64,000 nucleotides of DNA, taken from positions 64,001-128,000 of the forward strand of contig JAVZNC010000001.1 of assembly GCA_038882955.1 (NCBI GenBank), read 5' to 3'. The position numbers and the translations under genes were made by a program. This document shows positions 49,399 through 58,772 of this stretch, piece by piece (position 1 is the first letter of the stretch; each line of letters starts with the position of its first letter). Source of the stretch: Candidatus Bathyarchaeia archaeon (GTDB lineage: Archaea; Thermoproteota; Bathyarchaeia; Bathyarchaeales; Bathycorpusculaceae). The notes beneath the pieces are model-generated. The model worked only from the letters and a program-made list of their open reading frames with translations, was not told the origin of the DNA and ran no database searches.

Positions 49399-50046
49399 CT
49401 ACTTTTTTCGGCTATCTCTTGGTTTAATACGTTCATGTTTGGAACCAGTAGCAGCAACAACAGAAATAACAATACCTACCAAGCTTGTGATTCCACCTAT
49501 CGGGACAAATGCAAGATAAGGAGTTACAACAATTTCTTTATAAAGTATCATTTTATCCGGAGGCCCAGATGTCCAATTTAAAAGACCTTCATCGTTCAGA
49601 ATATGGACAGTGTATGTTCCATTGTATTTCACAGAAAAGCGAATTTGCGGGTAAAGCTCGTCCACCACTAAACTGCTCGAATCTATTTCAAGATATTTTG
49701 TTCTATAGAGAGACGGAAGAGTTCCTAAATGCATACCTTGTGCTGGAGCAGCAATAAAAAAAGCTTGAACTCTTGTCTTTGCTTTGTTAGGCGAAATTAT
49801 TTCTATAAAAATCGACGTAAAATCTTCAGGAACATCTTCTTGTGGATAATCATATCGCCACTGCTCACTTGCCTTTATATCGATCACATACGTTTCTTTT
49901 TCGGTGAGGTTCCAAGAACACTCCCAACTATTCTGAGCAAAGTCAATTTGCACCTTTCTAGTGTTTCGCATTAGCGATGCAAAAGTCAACAACGTTAAAC
50001 CTATAGTCAGAAAAATTATTCCTGCTACAAACGCGGCTCTTTTCAC
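49399..50046 (-). CDS. Membrane protein (2 TM flanking an extracellular beta domain)
   Basis: Hydrophobic N- and C-terminal helices, GAGG upstream. Confidence 0.75.
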   Translation of the reverse strand: MKRAAFVAGIIFLTIGLTLLTFASLMRNTRKVQIDFAQNSWECSWNLTEKETYVIDIKASEQWRYDYPQEDVPEDFTSIFIEIISPNKAKTRVQAFFIAAPAQGMHLGTLPSLYRTKYLEIDSSSLVVDELYPQIRFSVKYNGTYTVHILNDEGLLNWTSGPPDKMILYKEIVVTPYLAFVPIGGITSLVGIVISVVAATGSKHERIKPRDSRKK

Positions 50047-50115
50047 TTCTCTACCTCATTAAATTTCAAGAAAGAGCACCTTCATTAACTTTACTCCAAC
50101 ACAAAACTCTTTCTT

Positions 50116-50481
50116 TTAAAAGTGTCTCAAAAATCTTCTAAATAGATATACCAGAATGAATGATAACGCGAAGTATATAACAAAATCCAATAGTAAGCCA
50201 CCCCAAAGCACCCTAATTATTCCACTACCAGAGTGATATATCCAAAAATACTCTATATCTGAAAGAGGAGTTAGAATTCCGATCATTTTAAAAGGAAAAC
50301 CGTAATATGCGATGTGAACGATATATTTTAGGACACCAGTTTCTAAAGTAACGCTGATCTCGGTTGTCGATAATTCAGTGTAACTAACGAAGGATATCAA
50401 GAGAAAAAGAAAAGTTAATAATAAAATGATGATGTAGTCCTTTCGATCAAGATAAACATGTATGCTTGCAAAGGTGTTCAT
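50116..50481 (-). CDS. Small membrane protein
   Basis: Two TM helices, YYGFP motif. Confidence 0.65.
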   Translation of the reverse strand: MNTFASIHVYLDRKDYIIILLLTFLFLLISFVSYTELSTTEISVTLETGVLKYIVHIAYYGFPFKMIGILTPLSDIEYFWIYHSGSGIIRVLWGGLLLDFVIYFALSFILVYLFRRFLRHF

Positions 50482-50574
50482 GACTTGTTCTCACATTTAC
50501 ATAAATTTAAGTTTTTTTAAGCAACTTAAGCAATTATCTTCTTTTTCATCTAACAAGCGTTGCTCTCGGAAAAT

Positions 50575-51921
50575 TTATTCACTCATAAATTCTAACAAAA
50601 GAAAAACTAGTGCTATTGCCATGAGTTCCCAGAACACTGTAACATATTCATCAGCTATCACCTTAATAGGCGTAATTGAATTCAGAGTCATCGTTGTTGA
50701 ATAGAAAATCACGGGACATAGTAATGTTCCAGAAAAATTATAGAATGTTCCAAGAAAAGCTGCTAAAAAGAAGAAGTAAATTAATTCGAGTAGAAGATGA
50801 GATGGATTAAGTGGAAATATTGAAAATCGATATACTGCAAAAAGGATTGATGCTATAAGCAGAGCCTTTACAGAATCAAACTTTTTTCCGAGTTCACTCT
50901 GAAGATATCCTCGAAAAAGGGTTTCGCCAACTAAGCTAATAAAAAAACCAAGAAAAATGAATAATAAACACTCTATAAGCGACGGAGAAGGAAAAACATA
51001 GTATTCCGCAAAAAATCCTGGTAAGAAAAAGACTACAAAATTATATGCCACAGCCAAGAATAAACTACCATACATACATTTGTAAAAGCTTCTAGGCCAC
51101 CGATAACCATATTCTTTGAGATTTGAATCTTTTCCTATAACAATAAAGAAGAATAAGACAAGATACATGAATTGAATCAAAAGCTGTAGAGAATAGTGAA
51201 TTGTGTCGGAAAAAAGGGATTTAGATATAAGCGCATTTGCAATTTGCCACGATAGTATAAGAAATACATAAAAAAGAACAACTCTTTTGGTTTTAATTGA
51301 GAAACTTGCAGTTTTAGTGACAACAGATCTTCTAGAACGTTTGGAAATTTTAATAGGACCCACTATCAACATACAGAAACCGAGAAAAACGAGTGCAATC
51401 AAATATACTGCAAGATAACTAAAAATCATTAAGTCACGTATTGTGGTTCGTATGACTACTGATATAGGAAAATATGTAACGTCTTGAAGGTAGCATTCTT
51501 TTCCATCATACCAGTATAATTCTATTTTAACATCATAAGATGTTGGCTTTAAGGTCTCCAGTGAAGGAATGTTATAATACCGCGTAATGCTACTTCCCAC
51601 ATTACACTGCCATGTCTTATAGTTCGTGTTATTGAACTCATTCCACCAAATTTCATCATTGAGGTAGATCATTAAGAAGAAAGAGGGAATGCCATATTCA
51701 TTTGCTGAACAGTTGGTGTTATGCACCGTCAAACGCCAAATGTTATTTTCCCCCTCATAGACCACTCTTGGGCAATCAATTTTTTCAAAATATGCTCCTA
51801 AAGCCCCACTTTTTTCAGGTATCTGCACTGAATATAAATAATTCAAACAACCTATAATTATGACTGTGAAAATAAATAAAAAAATGAGGCATGTTTTAAA
51901 TTTCACATCGTAACCTCTCAC
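50575..51921 (-). CDS. CPBP (Abi/CAAX protease-like) membrane protein with extracellular N-terminal domain and degenerate active site
   Basis: GETLFRGYLQ and ASILFAVYR in a multi-TM C-terminal half. Confidence 0.75.
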   Translation of the reverse strand: MRGYDVKFKTCLIFLFIFTVIIIGCLNYLYSVQIPEKSGALGAYFEKIDCPRVVYEGENNIWRLTVHNTNCSANEYGIPSFFLMIYLNDEIWWNEFNNTNYKTWQCNVGSSITRYYNIPSLETLKPTSYDVKIELYWYDGKECYLQDVTYFPISVVIRTTIRDLMIFSYLAVYLIALVFLGFCMLIVGPIKISKRSRRSVVTKTASFSIKTKRVVLFYVFLILSWQIANALISKSLFSDTIHYSLQLLIQFMYLVLFFFIVIGKDSNLKEYGYRWPRSFYKCMYGSLFLAVAYNFVVFFLPGFFAEYYVFPSPSLIECLLFIFLGFFISLVGETLFRGYLQSELGKKFDSVKALLIASILFAVYRFSIFPLNPSHLLLELIYFFFLAAFLGTFYNFSGTLLCPVIFYSTTMTLNSITPIKVIADEYVTVFWELMAIALVFLLLEFMSE

Positions 51922-52003
51922 TTAAGTTACAAATATGAGATGACATAAGCTTTACGCAATTTTGACTCATTTATAGAAAAAGAAGGGGAAGTATTGTTAA
52001 CTA

Positions 52004-55000
52004 TTATGGGTCTGTTTCTCCGAAGTGAGTTGAGAGGATGATGGCGTCGAAGATATCTATTTCGTTTGTGTTGTCGATGTCTGCGTTTGGGTTCCAGTTT
52101 GGATCGCCTTGTTTGGCGCCGAAGGATGTGCTTAACAGTATTGCGTCGTAGATGTCTATTGTTCCGTCTCCGTTGATGTCGCCTGGAATGCCAACGTAAA
52201 CTATGCCATCGCTAAACGTGTTGTCCGCGGTTTCGGTTTCGCTTGGAACAGGCCAAGCATAAGCCCACATCGTATAATTGCCCTTAGTAAAACCACTAGT
52301 GTCCCATGCGAAGGTTAACGTGATATTCTCACCCGAATTTAAGGTTATTTCTTGTGTTCCGATTTCGGTGGAGTTTGCATAGGCAGTTACGTTGAAAGTT
52401 TCAGAATAGTCGCCTTGATTCTCAACAGTTACATAAACGCTACAAGTGAAGTTATTACCAACAGTGGGCATAGGCGAACATCCAGTCTTGGAAGTTGTAA
52501 TGTTTTTGACGGAAACATCATGCACATAAACAGCGTATGGGCAAGTTATCACTGCAGCCTCAATCTGCCATATGGTGCCAGGTGGATTAACTATTGACCC
52601 AGGATAGCCGATGATTGCAAGTGGGCCGCCTGGACATGGCTGTATTATGACTTTGTACATGTCGTGTGAGACCAAGTTAGCTTTGTTGTGTGTAATGTAT
52701 GGTGGTTCAGGTGGTGGGTGAACATGCGGGACTGGAACATTGCCCGGTCCTCCTGCTTCTGCATTGTCGTTTATTGGGTCGCTTAATACTATTTCCCATG
52801 TAGTAGCGTTTAAGCCTGCAACTGTGACGTAATGTGCACCTTCATCGTAGCGGTACCATTCAACGCCGTTATAGTACCATGGAGCAATAAGTAAGACAAC
52901 GTCTTGGCATCTCATAACTTCATCTACGATAAGTTCCCATGGAGGCGCCATCACTGTATGTTCATAGAACATTCCGCTTAAGCCCATATTCATCTGCACA
53001 AGCATAAGATCATTCATGTTTATGACATTGTCAGCTGTTGGTGGATATGTCGTCGTTGCTGGCCATATGTCGGCTCTGATGTCCCAGCCTGGCATTCCTG
53101 GACTTGTTCCCCAAGCAGCAAGAACTATTGCTTGGTCATTCTGGGTGACAATTCCGTCTCCGTCCACATCTCCAAGCGGGTTCACTCCGGTCCACGATAG
53201 ATAGTGCGTCAGTCCAGCTTGCATGTCGAAGACATTTGTACCAAGCTTAACAATGCCTGTTCTTAAGCCGTTCGTATCCATCAAATATGCCAAATGCTCA
53301 ACCAACGGCTGAACGTTCTGCGGGTCATGGTCGTCCCATGGACCGTAGGCTTGAACCAGCGGATAGTTGTCAATTATTGTTGGTGGAGGCACAGTGTTTG
53401 GCTCGAACTCTGAGTCTAGCCACCAAAGCGAGTTTGCAACAGCAACTGGTCCACAGTGGCTCCAGCGTTGCGCAGAATCCCACCAGGGGTAGGTGCCGAG
53501 TTGTCTTTGGTCGAAGTCTGGCATTCCACTCGGAGCGTAATCTGGGAATGGGGGCTTCATGTACCATGATGGTGACGGAGGAGGTCCCTCCGTTATTTTC
53601 TTAACAGTGATGTCTAACGCTACTTCGTCGACTAGGCACCGCATAGTTCCGTCGGGGCTTTGAAGTTCGAGGATGTCAAAGTGGCTGAGGATTCCATTAC
53701 AGTTGTCGTACCACTTCTCGATTGTAAGTGGATAGCCAAATCGGTTGGTTGGACAGACTACTTCCCAACCAGTGTATAATGGGTTTGTCTTTGGATAGTA
53801 CATTAGCTTCCAATTGTACATGGCATCAAGATACTCTACGTATATCCGTTCTCCTACCGTGAATGGCATGGTTGGGTCAACATCGTTTACTGTGAGGTTG
53901 AGGGTAAGTGTCACGTTTTCTACATGATACTTGTCGGTCGGACCAGTTGGCAGAAGCGTCAGAGTGATGTTATAGCAAGGACTTAGCTGTCTTTCGCCAG
54001 GGCCTTCCCAATCTAATGTGTAATAGTCATTGACGCAGCAGTTAGGGTAAAGTTCATGCCAAACTATGCCATAGGTTATGTCATAGGGAGCGATAAACTC
54101 CTCGTTGAGGATTACGTCTATTGAAATTTCTTCAACGTGCCACCAACCATAATAGAAGTCTATGTTCAAATCGTACATTTCAATGTAGTCGCAGGAGTCA
54201 AGCACTCCGTTACAGTTGTCTATCCAACTAGTAATGTTCATAGAAGCGGAATAGGATGGGTAGACTTCGTGCCATGTTGAGTTTACCACCGTTGTCTTAA
54301 TATTGTACATCGTCTCGAAAGGCCCTTTATATTCGATGCACATTTCTTGCATAGGATCGCTTTCATTGATTACCCTCATTGTAAAAGTTACCCTGTCAAC
54401 ATAGTACCATTTTGTCATTCCACTTGTCTGGTTAATCATTTCAATGTGATCGCCGGGGCTAAGCATTTCATGGAACAATATGTCTTCAGGTGGTTCTTCC
54501 CAACGGGTGGTAAGGTGGTAGTTGCAGAAGTTTGGGTAAAGTTCATGCCACTCGATGCCAATAGGGTTCGTAACTTTTTCGTTTAGGATCAGATCCGTAG
54601 CATATTCTTCAACGTGCCACCAAAGTCCTGGCCATTGTCCGAACTCGATCCAGTCGCAGACGCCCAGATAGCCTGTGTTACCTATCCCAGTGTCTTGCCA
54701 GTTAACGATGTGGTATGGGTTTCCTGGACCGAACACTCCATGGTAGACGGGCCATACTTCGTGCCATAGGGTGCATATGGGTTGAATATATGGGTTGTAT
54801 GGTCCTTTAAATTCAACGTATATCTCTTCGTCATGCGTGTTCCGCAACTTCATTGTCATTGTTACTCTGTCTACATGGAACCAGTGCATTTTTTGAGAAC
54901 CGATGATAGTCATGCCGAATTGGTCAGAAGAGTCAAGATAACCGTTGCCGTTGTCTGCCCAAGCCCAGAGATGCCAGTTTTCGCAGTACGTGGGGTAAAG

Positions 55001-55270
55001 TTCGTGCCAAATGAAGCCAACTGGGTTAGTTAGGTCTATTATTCCTATTGTTGAGTGCATGTGGATGGGTGTGAGAGGTAGACCGTGCATGTGGATAGGT
55101 GTTAAAGAAGGACCATGAAGATAAATGAGCCCCTCGGACTGTGCTATTGCAGGTAGTTTCAAGTTAACTAGCAGCAGAGATGAAAACAGCAAAGCCAAGG
55201 TGAAAATAATAGAAACCCTCTTCTTATTAGACGTTGACATTTTCCTTTCTCCCCGTGTTTTATTTTTCAC
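52004..55270 (-). CDS. Secreted multidomain protein: 6 WHExYP repeats, putative C39-like cysteine peptidase with inserted dockerin, CARDB, C-terminal dockerin
   Basis: Signal peptide; FDQ...HCGPVAVAN, GAHYVTVAG, LSDP; internal GDVDGDGIV; terminal GDINGDGTIDIYD...DIDNTNEIDIFD. Confidence 0.8.
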   Translation of the reverse strand: MKNKTRGERKMSTSNKKRVSIIFTLALLFSSLLLVNLKLPAIAQSEGLIYLHGPSLTPIHMHGLPLTPIHMHSTIGIIDLTNPVGFIWHELYPTYCENWHLWAWADNGNGYLDSSDQFGMTIIGSQKMHWFHVDRVTMTMKLRNTHDEEIYVEFKGPYNPYIQPICTLWHEVWPVYHGVFGPGNPYHIVNWQDTGIGNTGYLGVCDWIEFGQWPGLWWHVEEYATDLILNEKVTNPIGIEWHELYPNFCNYHLTTRWEEPPEDILFHEMLSPGDHIEMINQTSGMTKWYYVDRVTFTMRVINESDPMQEMCIEYKGPFETMYNIKTTVVNSTWHEVYPSYSASMNITSWIDNCNGVLDSCDYIEMYDLNIDFYYGWWHVEEISIDVILNEEFIAPYDITYGIVWHELYPNCCVNDYYTLDWEGPGERQLSPCYNITLTLLPTGPTDKYHVENVTLTLNLTVNDVDPTMPFTVGERIYVEYLDAMYNWKLMYYPKTNPLYTGWEVVCPTNRFGYPLTIEKWYDNCNGILSHFDILELQSPDGTMRCLVDEVALDITVKKITEGPPPSPSWYMKPPFPDYAPSGMPDFDQRQLGTYPWWDSAQRWSHCGPVAVANSLWWLDSEFEPNTVPPPTIIDNYPLVQAYGPWDDHDPQNVQPLVEHLAYLMDTNGLRTGIVKLGTNVFDMQAGLTHYLSWTGVNPLGDVDGDGIVTQNDQAIVLAAWGTSPGMPGWDIRADIWPATTTYPPTADNVINMNDLMLVQMNMGLSGMFYEHTVMAPPWELIVDEVMRCQDVVLLIAPWYYNGVEWYRYDEGAHYVTVAGLNATTWEIVLSDPINDNAEAGGPGNVPVPHVHPPPEPPYITHNKANLVSHDMYKVIIQPCPGGPLAIIGYPGSIVNPPGTIWQIEAAVITCPYAVYVHDVSVKNITTSKTGCSPMPTVGNNFTCSVYVTVENQGDYSETFNVTAYANSTEIGTQEITLNSGENITLTFAWDTSGFTKGNYTMWAYAWPVPSETETADNTFSDGIVYVGIPGDINGDGTIDIYDAILLSTSFGAKQGDPNWNPNADIDNTNEIDIFDAIILSTHFGETDP

Positions 55271-55448
55271 AAAATTTTAAGTATCAGCGATTGCTGAATT
55301 CTTAAAATCTTGTAAACATTATATAAATGAACGAACAGCAAAAAAGTTTTTGGTATTGACTTGAAATGTCTTCTAAATTTCTCGAAAAAGGTTACTTCGC
55401 TCATCATAAACAAGCAAAATCATACTCTTGGCTCAAAAAGATTTTAGC

Positions 55449-57215
55449 CTAACTTTCAGCGATTTTCTTCAGTTGCTTCTGGTACATCTCAACAATTTCG
55501 CTTGCGGTTGTTGCGTCTTCTGCTGCTTTGTCGATTCTGTAGCTGCCAGTGAACCTTGGGAAGCGTATTGCCAAGCCGCTTCCTTGACGTATCGCGTTCA
55601 TTGCGCATGTGTGGATTGGGCTTAGGGTTATTTCTGCGCCTAAGATTTCTAGCACTATTTTTGGTTCTAACCATATGTCTGCTTCTATCAGCGAGTTTAC
55701 TCTTGGATGCTTATGCTGTATAACGTGTGGCTTCAGCATCTGCGGCAATTTTGCCAAGTCTTCGTCTGTAAACCCGGTTCCGCATTTAGTAACTGTTTCG
55801 AACGTGTCATTTTCTGGATTGTACGCCGCCAATAATAGTGCGCCGTAAGTTCCTGCACGTTTTCCACGCCCATAAAAAGCTCCAACCACAACCAAATCCA
55901 CAGTGTCTGTCATTTCGCTCTTGTAGTCGCGTTTGTATTTTATCCACAACCAACCCCTCGCACCCGCTTGGTAAACGGCATCTTCAGCTACTGATTTGCA
56001 TACTAGGCCCTCGCAGCCGTCTTCTATTGCCTCTAGAAAGAACTTTTCCAGTTCTTTTGCATTGCTTGTTATTATGTGTTTGGCGATTTGCACTCTTTCG
56101 CCTTCAATTATTGCCTTTTCAAGTGCTTTTCTCCTTTTCGGGTAGGGCTCCAATGTTAGGTCTTTTCCATCTATGTATAGCGCGTCAAACATGAAAAGCG
56201 AGACGGGATATTCTTCTATTGCTTTTTCGATTTCATATTTGCGTCTTCTGTGCATTAGTTCCTGGAAGGGCCGCATTTCGCCTGTGTCTAGGTCTATTGC
56301 TACACATTCCGCCTCTAAAATGGCGTCTTTTGCCTTCACATGCTTTTTAACGAGTTCTATGGCGTCTGGATACTGGCTTGAAATGTTTTCTAGACGTCTG
56401 GAAAAGAGTATTACCTCATCGCCTTTCTTGTGTATCTGGACACGTTCACCGTCGTACTTATATTCTGCTATACATTTCCCACCAAGCTTTTCCAAAATCT
56501 CCTCTGGAGATGAAAGCCTTTCAGCTAGCATAGGCCTTATCGGCTCGCCTATTAGGACTTGGAACTCCTTCATTCCTTCAAGTCCTTTTTCGGCTACGGT
56601 TTTTGCCACTCTCCCAAGGTCCGAGGAAATGTTGTAGGCTCTTTCAATTAGCTCACGGGCTTCTTTTCCTCCGCCGTAGGCTATCGCCAAAGCGTCAAGA
56701 ACAGTCATGTCCGCTATTCCCAAGCGCAAGTTTCCAGTAACCGTCCGCATGATATATTTTGCCTCTTTTGGCGTTGCATCCGCCAGAAGCCCAGCTAACA
56801 ACGCGGTTTTTGTGTCCACTGCCCCGCTGCCCGAAGCCTTAGCCATTTTATCAAGCGTCTCGTATACTCTTTGGACTGTTAGGGGTTTTTGGAAGAATGT
56901 CACCTGTCTCTTTTTTGCTATAAATTTTTGGGCTGTTTCACCTATGTCTCCGCTTTTCTTCAAGTCTTCTTCGATTTCGGTTTCTTTTGCGCCAGAAGCC
57001 CGCGCTAGGGCTTTTATGGCAAGTTTTTCTGCTACGCCTATTTCTAGGCCCACGAAGTCTGGGTAGATTTTGCCTTGCGTCAAGTAGACGACTTTGTCGA
57101 TTATTTCTTTTGGCGTGCTTTTTAGAAGGTTGACTAGGAGGTCTGTCATTTCAAGCCTTTTTGTTGTGGCCTCAATTTGCTCGTAGATGTCGGCGATTTG
57201 GAGATACTGCAACAA
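55449..57215 (-). CDS. lig: ATP-dependent DNA ligase
   Basis: EYKYDGER adenylation motif, EGLVCK, WIKYKRDY, IRFPRF. Confidence 0.97.
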   Translation of the reverse strand: MLQYLQIADIYEQIEATTKRLEMTDLLVNLLKSTPKEIIDKVVYLTQGKIYPDFVGLEIGVAEKLAIKALARASGAKETEIEEDLKKSGDIGETAQKFIAKKRQVTFFQKPLTVQRVYETLDKMAKASGSGAVDTKTALLAGLLADATPKEAKYIMRTVTGNLRLGIADMTVLDALAIAYGGGKEARELIERAYNISSDLGRVAKTVAEKGLEGMKEFQVLIGEPIRPMLAERLSSPEEILEKLGGKCIAEYKYDGERVQIHKKGDEVILFSRRLENISSQYPDAIELVKKHVKAKDAILEAECVAIDLDTGEMRPFQELMHRRRKYEIEKAIEEYPVSLFMFDALYIDGKDLTLEPYPKRRKALEKAIIEGERVQIAKHIITSNAKELEKFFLEAIEDGCEGLVCKSVAEDAVYQAGARGWLWIKYKRDYKSEMTDTVDLVVVGAFYGRGKRAGTYGALLLAAYNPENDTFETVTKCGTGFTDEDLAKLPQMLKPHVIQHKHPRVNSLIEADIWLEPKIVLEILGAEITLSPIHTCAMNAIRQGSGLAIRFPRFTGSYRIDKAAEDATTASEIVEMYQKQLKKIAES

Positions 57216-57252
57216 TTAGTGCCTCGTTAATAATTATGTCAACGCTGAGATA

Positions 57253-58023
57253 TTAGATTTTCATTTTGTCAAGTTCTTTTAAAAATTCAGCAAGCCTTTC
57301 TATGGCTAGTTTCCAGGCGAATTCGCCTTTTTCTTTCGAAGCCTTTGTCGGGTCGCCTATAACTCCAGTTTCGCTCAGTTCTTTTGTTCTGAAACTCCAC
57401 GAGACTTTTGGGCCTATCTCCTTTAATCCTATTTTCACGTATTTTGATTCTGGAAGCCTTATCTCAGCCTTCTTAATTCTTTCTTTAACTACGCAGTTTT
57501 CTCTGTTGGCCAGCGTTGTGGATGTTTCGAATTCTCCAGCATGTGCGTCATGTGATGTTTCTATGTGCTTTTCGATGAAGTCTGGTATGAGACTGACTGT
57601 ATCGATGGCTACGAATGCGTTTGTGTCCATCTTGACCCTTTGGGCTGTGGCTTCTAAGGCATGAGTATTTCCGCCATGACCATTTTCGAACACTATTTTT
57701 CTGAACCCATGCTCTGTTAGGGAGTGAGCCACCTCGTAGGCTAGTTGCTCCAGCGTGTTTGATGAAAGCGTAACTGTTCCTGTGAAGTCCATGTGATGCT
57801 GTGAAACTCCATAATATATTGGTGGAGCCACAAGTGCGCACTGTGCCATTTCAGCGGCCTTTAATGAAAGCCATAAAGCATCATAAGCGTCTGTGTCAAG
57901 CGGTAAATGTGGGCCGTGCTGTTCGCAGCTTCCAACTGGTATTATGGCTACATTGTGTTTTGAAAGGAATTCTTTTATGTCGACCCATGTGAGCTCGCCC
58001 ATGTAGTAGCTGCGCATCTTCAT
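57253..58023 (-). CDS. Creatininase-family amidohydrolase
   Basis: GSCEQHGPHLPLDTD, NGHGGN, HAGEFETS, GVIGDP. Confidence 0.93.
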   Translation of the reverse strand: MKMRSYYMGELTWVDIKEFLSKHNVAIIPVGSCEQHGPHLPLDTDAYDALWLSLKAAEMAQCALVAPPIYYGVSQHHMDFTGTVTLSSNTLEQLAYEVAHSLTEHGFRKIVFENGHGGNTHALEATAQRVKMDTNAFVAIDTVSLIPDFIEKHIETSHDAHAGEFETSTTLANRENCVVKERIKKAEIRLPESKYVKIGLKEIGPKVSWSFRTKELSETGVIGDPTKASKEKGEFAWKLAIERLAEFLKELDKMKI

Positions 58024-58029
58024 ACTCTT

Positions 58030-58563
58030 TCACCCAAAAGTTTCGTAGTGAACCACTTGTTGTATAGGTCTTCTTTTAGGTGGTTGAGGAGCCCCGTCTG
58101 GATAGCCCACTGGGATTATTGCGACTGGGCGTATGCCATTCGGAATTTTTAATACTTCTCGTGCCTCTTCTTCTCTGAAGGCTCCAATCCAGCATGTGCC
58201 TAAACCAAGCGAGTATGCAGCTAAATGTATGTTTTGGATGGCTGCAGCCGTGTCCTGTATGCAATATAAGGTTTTTCCGCGTGAACCGTAGCCTCGTGCT
58301 GAACGCTCTTCATTAGCGCATACAACTATCACGACTGGAGCTTCTGCAATAAACTCTTGACCAAGCGCGGCATCCACAAGCTTTCGTTTAATTTCGCTGT
58401 TCCGCACAACTATGAACTCCCATGGCTGAATATTTCCAGCAGAAGGTGCCCAACATGCAGCCTCAATAAGCTTTTTAACTGTTTCTTCTGAGACATTTTG
58501 GCTTTTGAATGCTCTTATGCTTCTTCTACCCTTGATGGCTTCTAGAACTTCCACAATCTTCAT
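58030..58563 (-). CDS. Nitroreductase-family protein
   Basis: RRSIRAF, APSAGNIQPWEF, GLGTCWIG. Confidence 0.93.
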   Translation of the reverse strand: MKIVEVLEAIKGRRSIRAFKSQNVSEETVKKLIEAACWAPSAGNIQPWEFIVVRNSEIKRKLVDAALGQEFIAEAPVVIVVCANEERSARGYGSRGKTLYCIQDTAAAIQNIHLAAYSLGLGTCWIGAFREEEAREVLKIPNGIRPVAIIPVGYPDGAPQPPKRRPIQQVVHYETFG

Positions 58564-58772
58564 CTCCTCATGGTGGTTGTGTATGCTATTTTAGTGGAAA
58601 AAGCCTTAAGTTTTGCCATGCTGAGTATATTTTGGATGATGACGCAGAGAGTCAATAGAGCTTCTATCATGGCTGTGATATGGCTCGACGGGCGAACTGA
58701 CATTTTTTCTAAGGAAAATTTATCAGTGCAAAAAGCGAATGAGAAAGGAATTAACATCTAGAAGTCTAGTGG

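Noticed and set aside
25912-55270. A true cellulosome for polysaccharide degradation
   Set aside because: No glycoside hydrolase or carbohydrate-binding module recognisable among the dockerin proteins here; such cargo elsewhere in the genome cannot be excluded
55361-55375. Additional operator copy TTGAA-ATGTC-TTCTA upstream of the peptidase gene
   Set aside because: One mismatch and not at the 5-nt spacing from a TATA box seen in the other copies, so not counted
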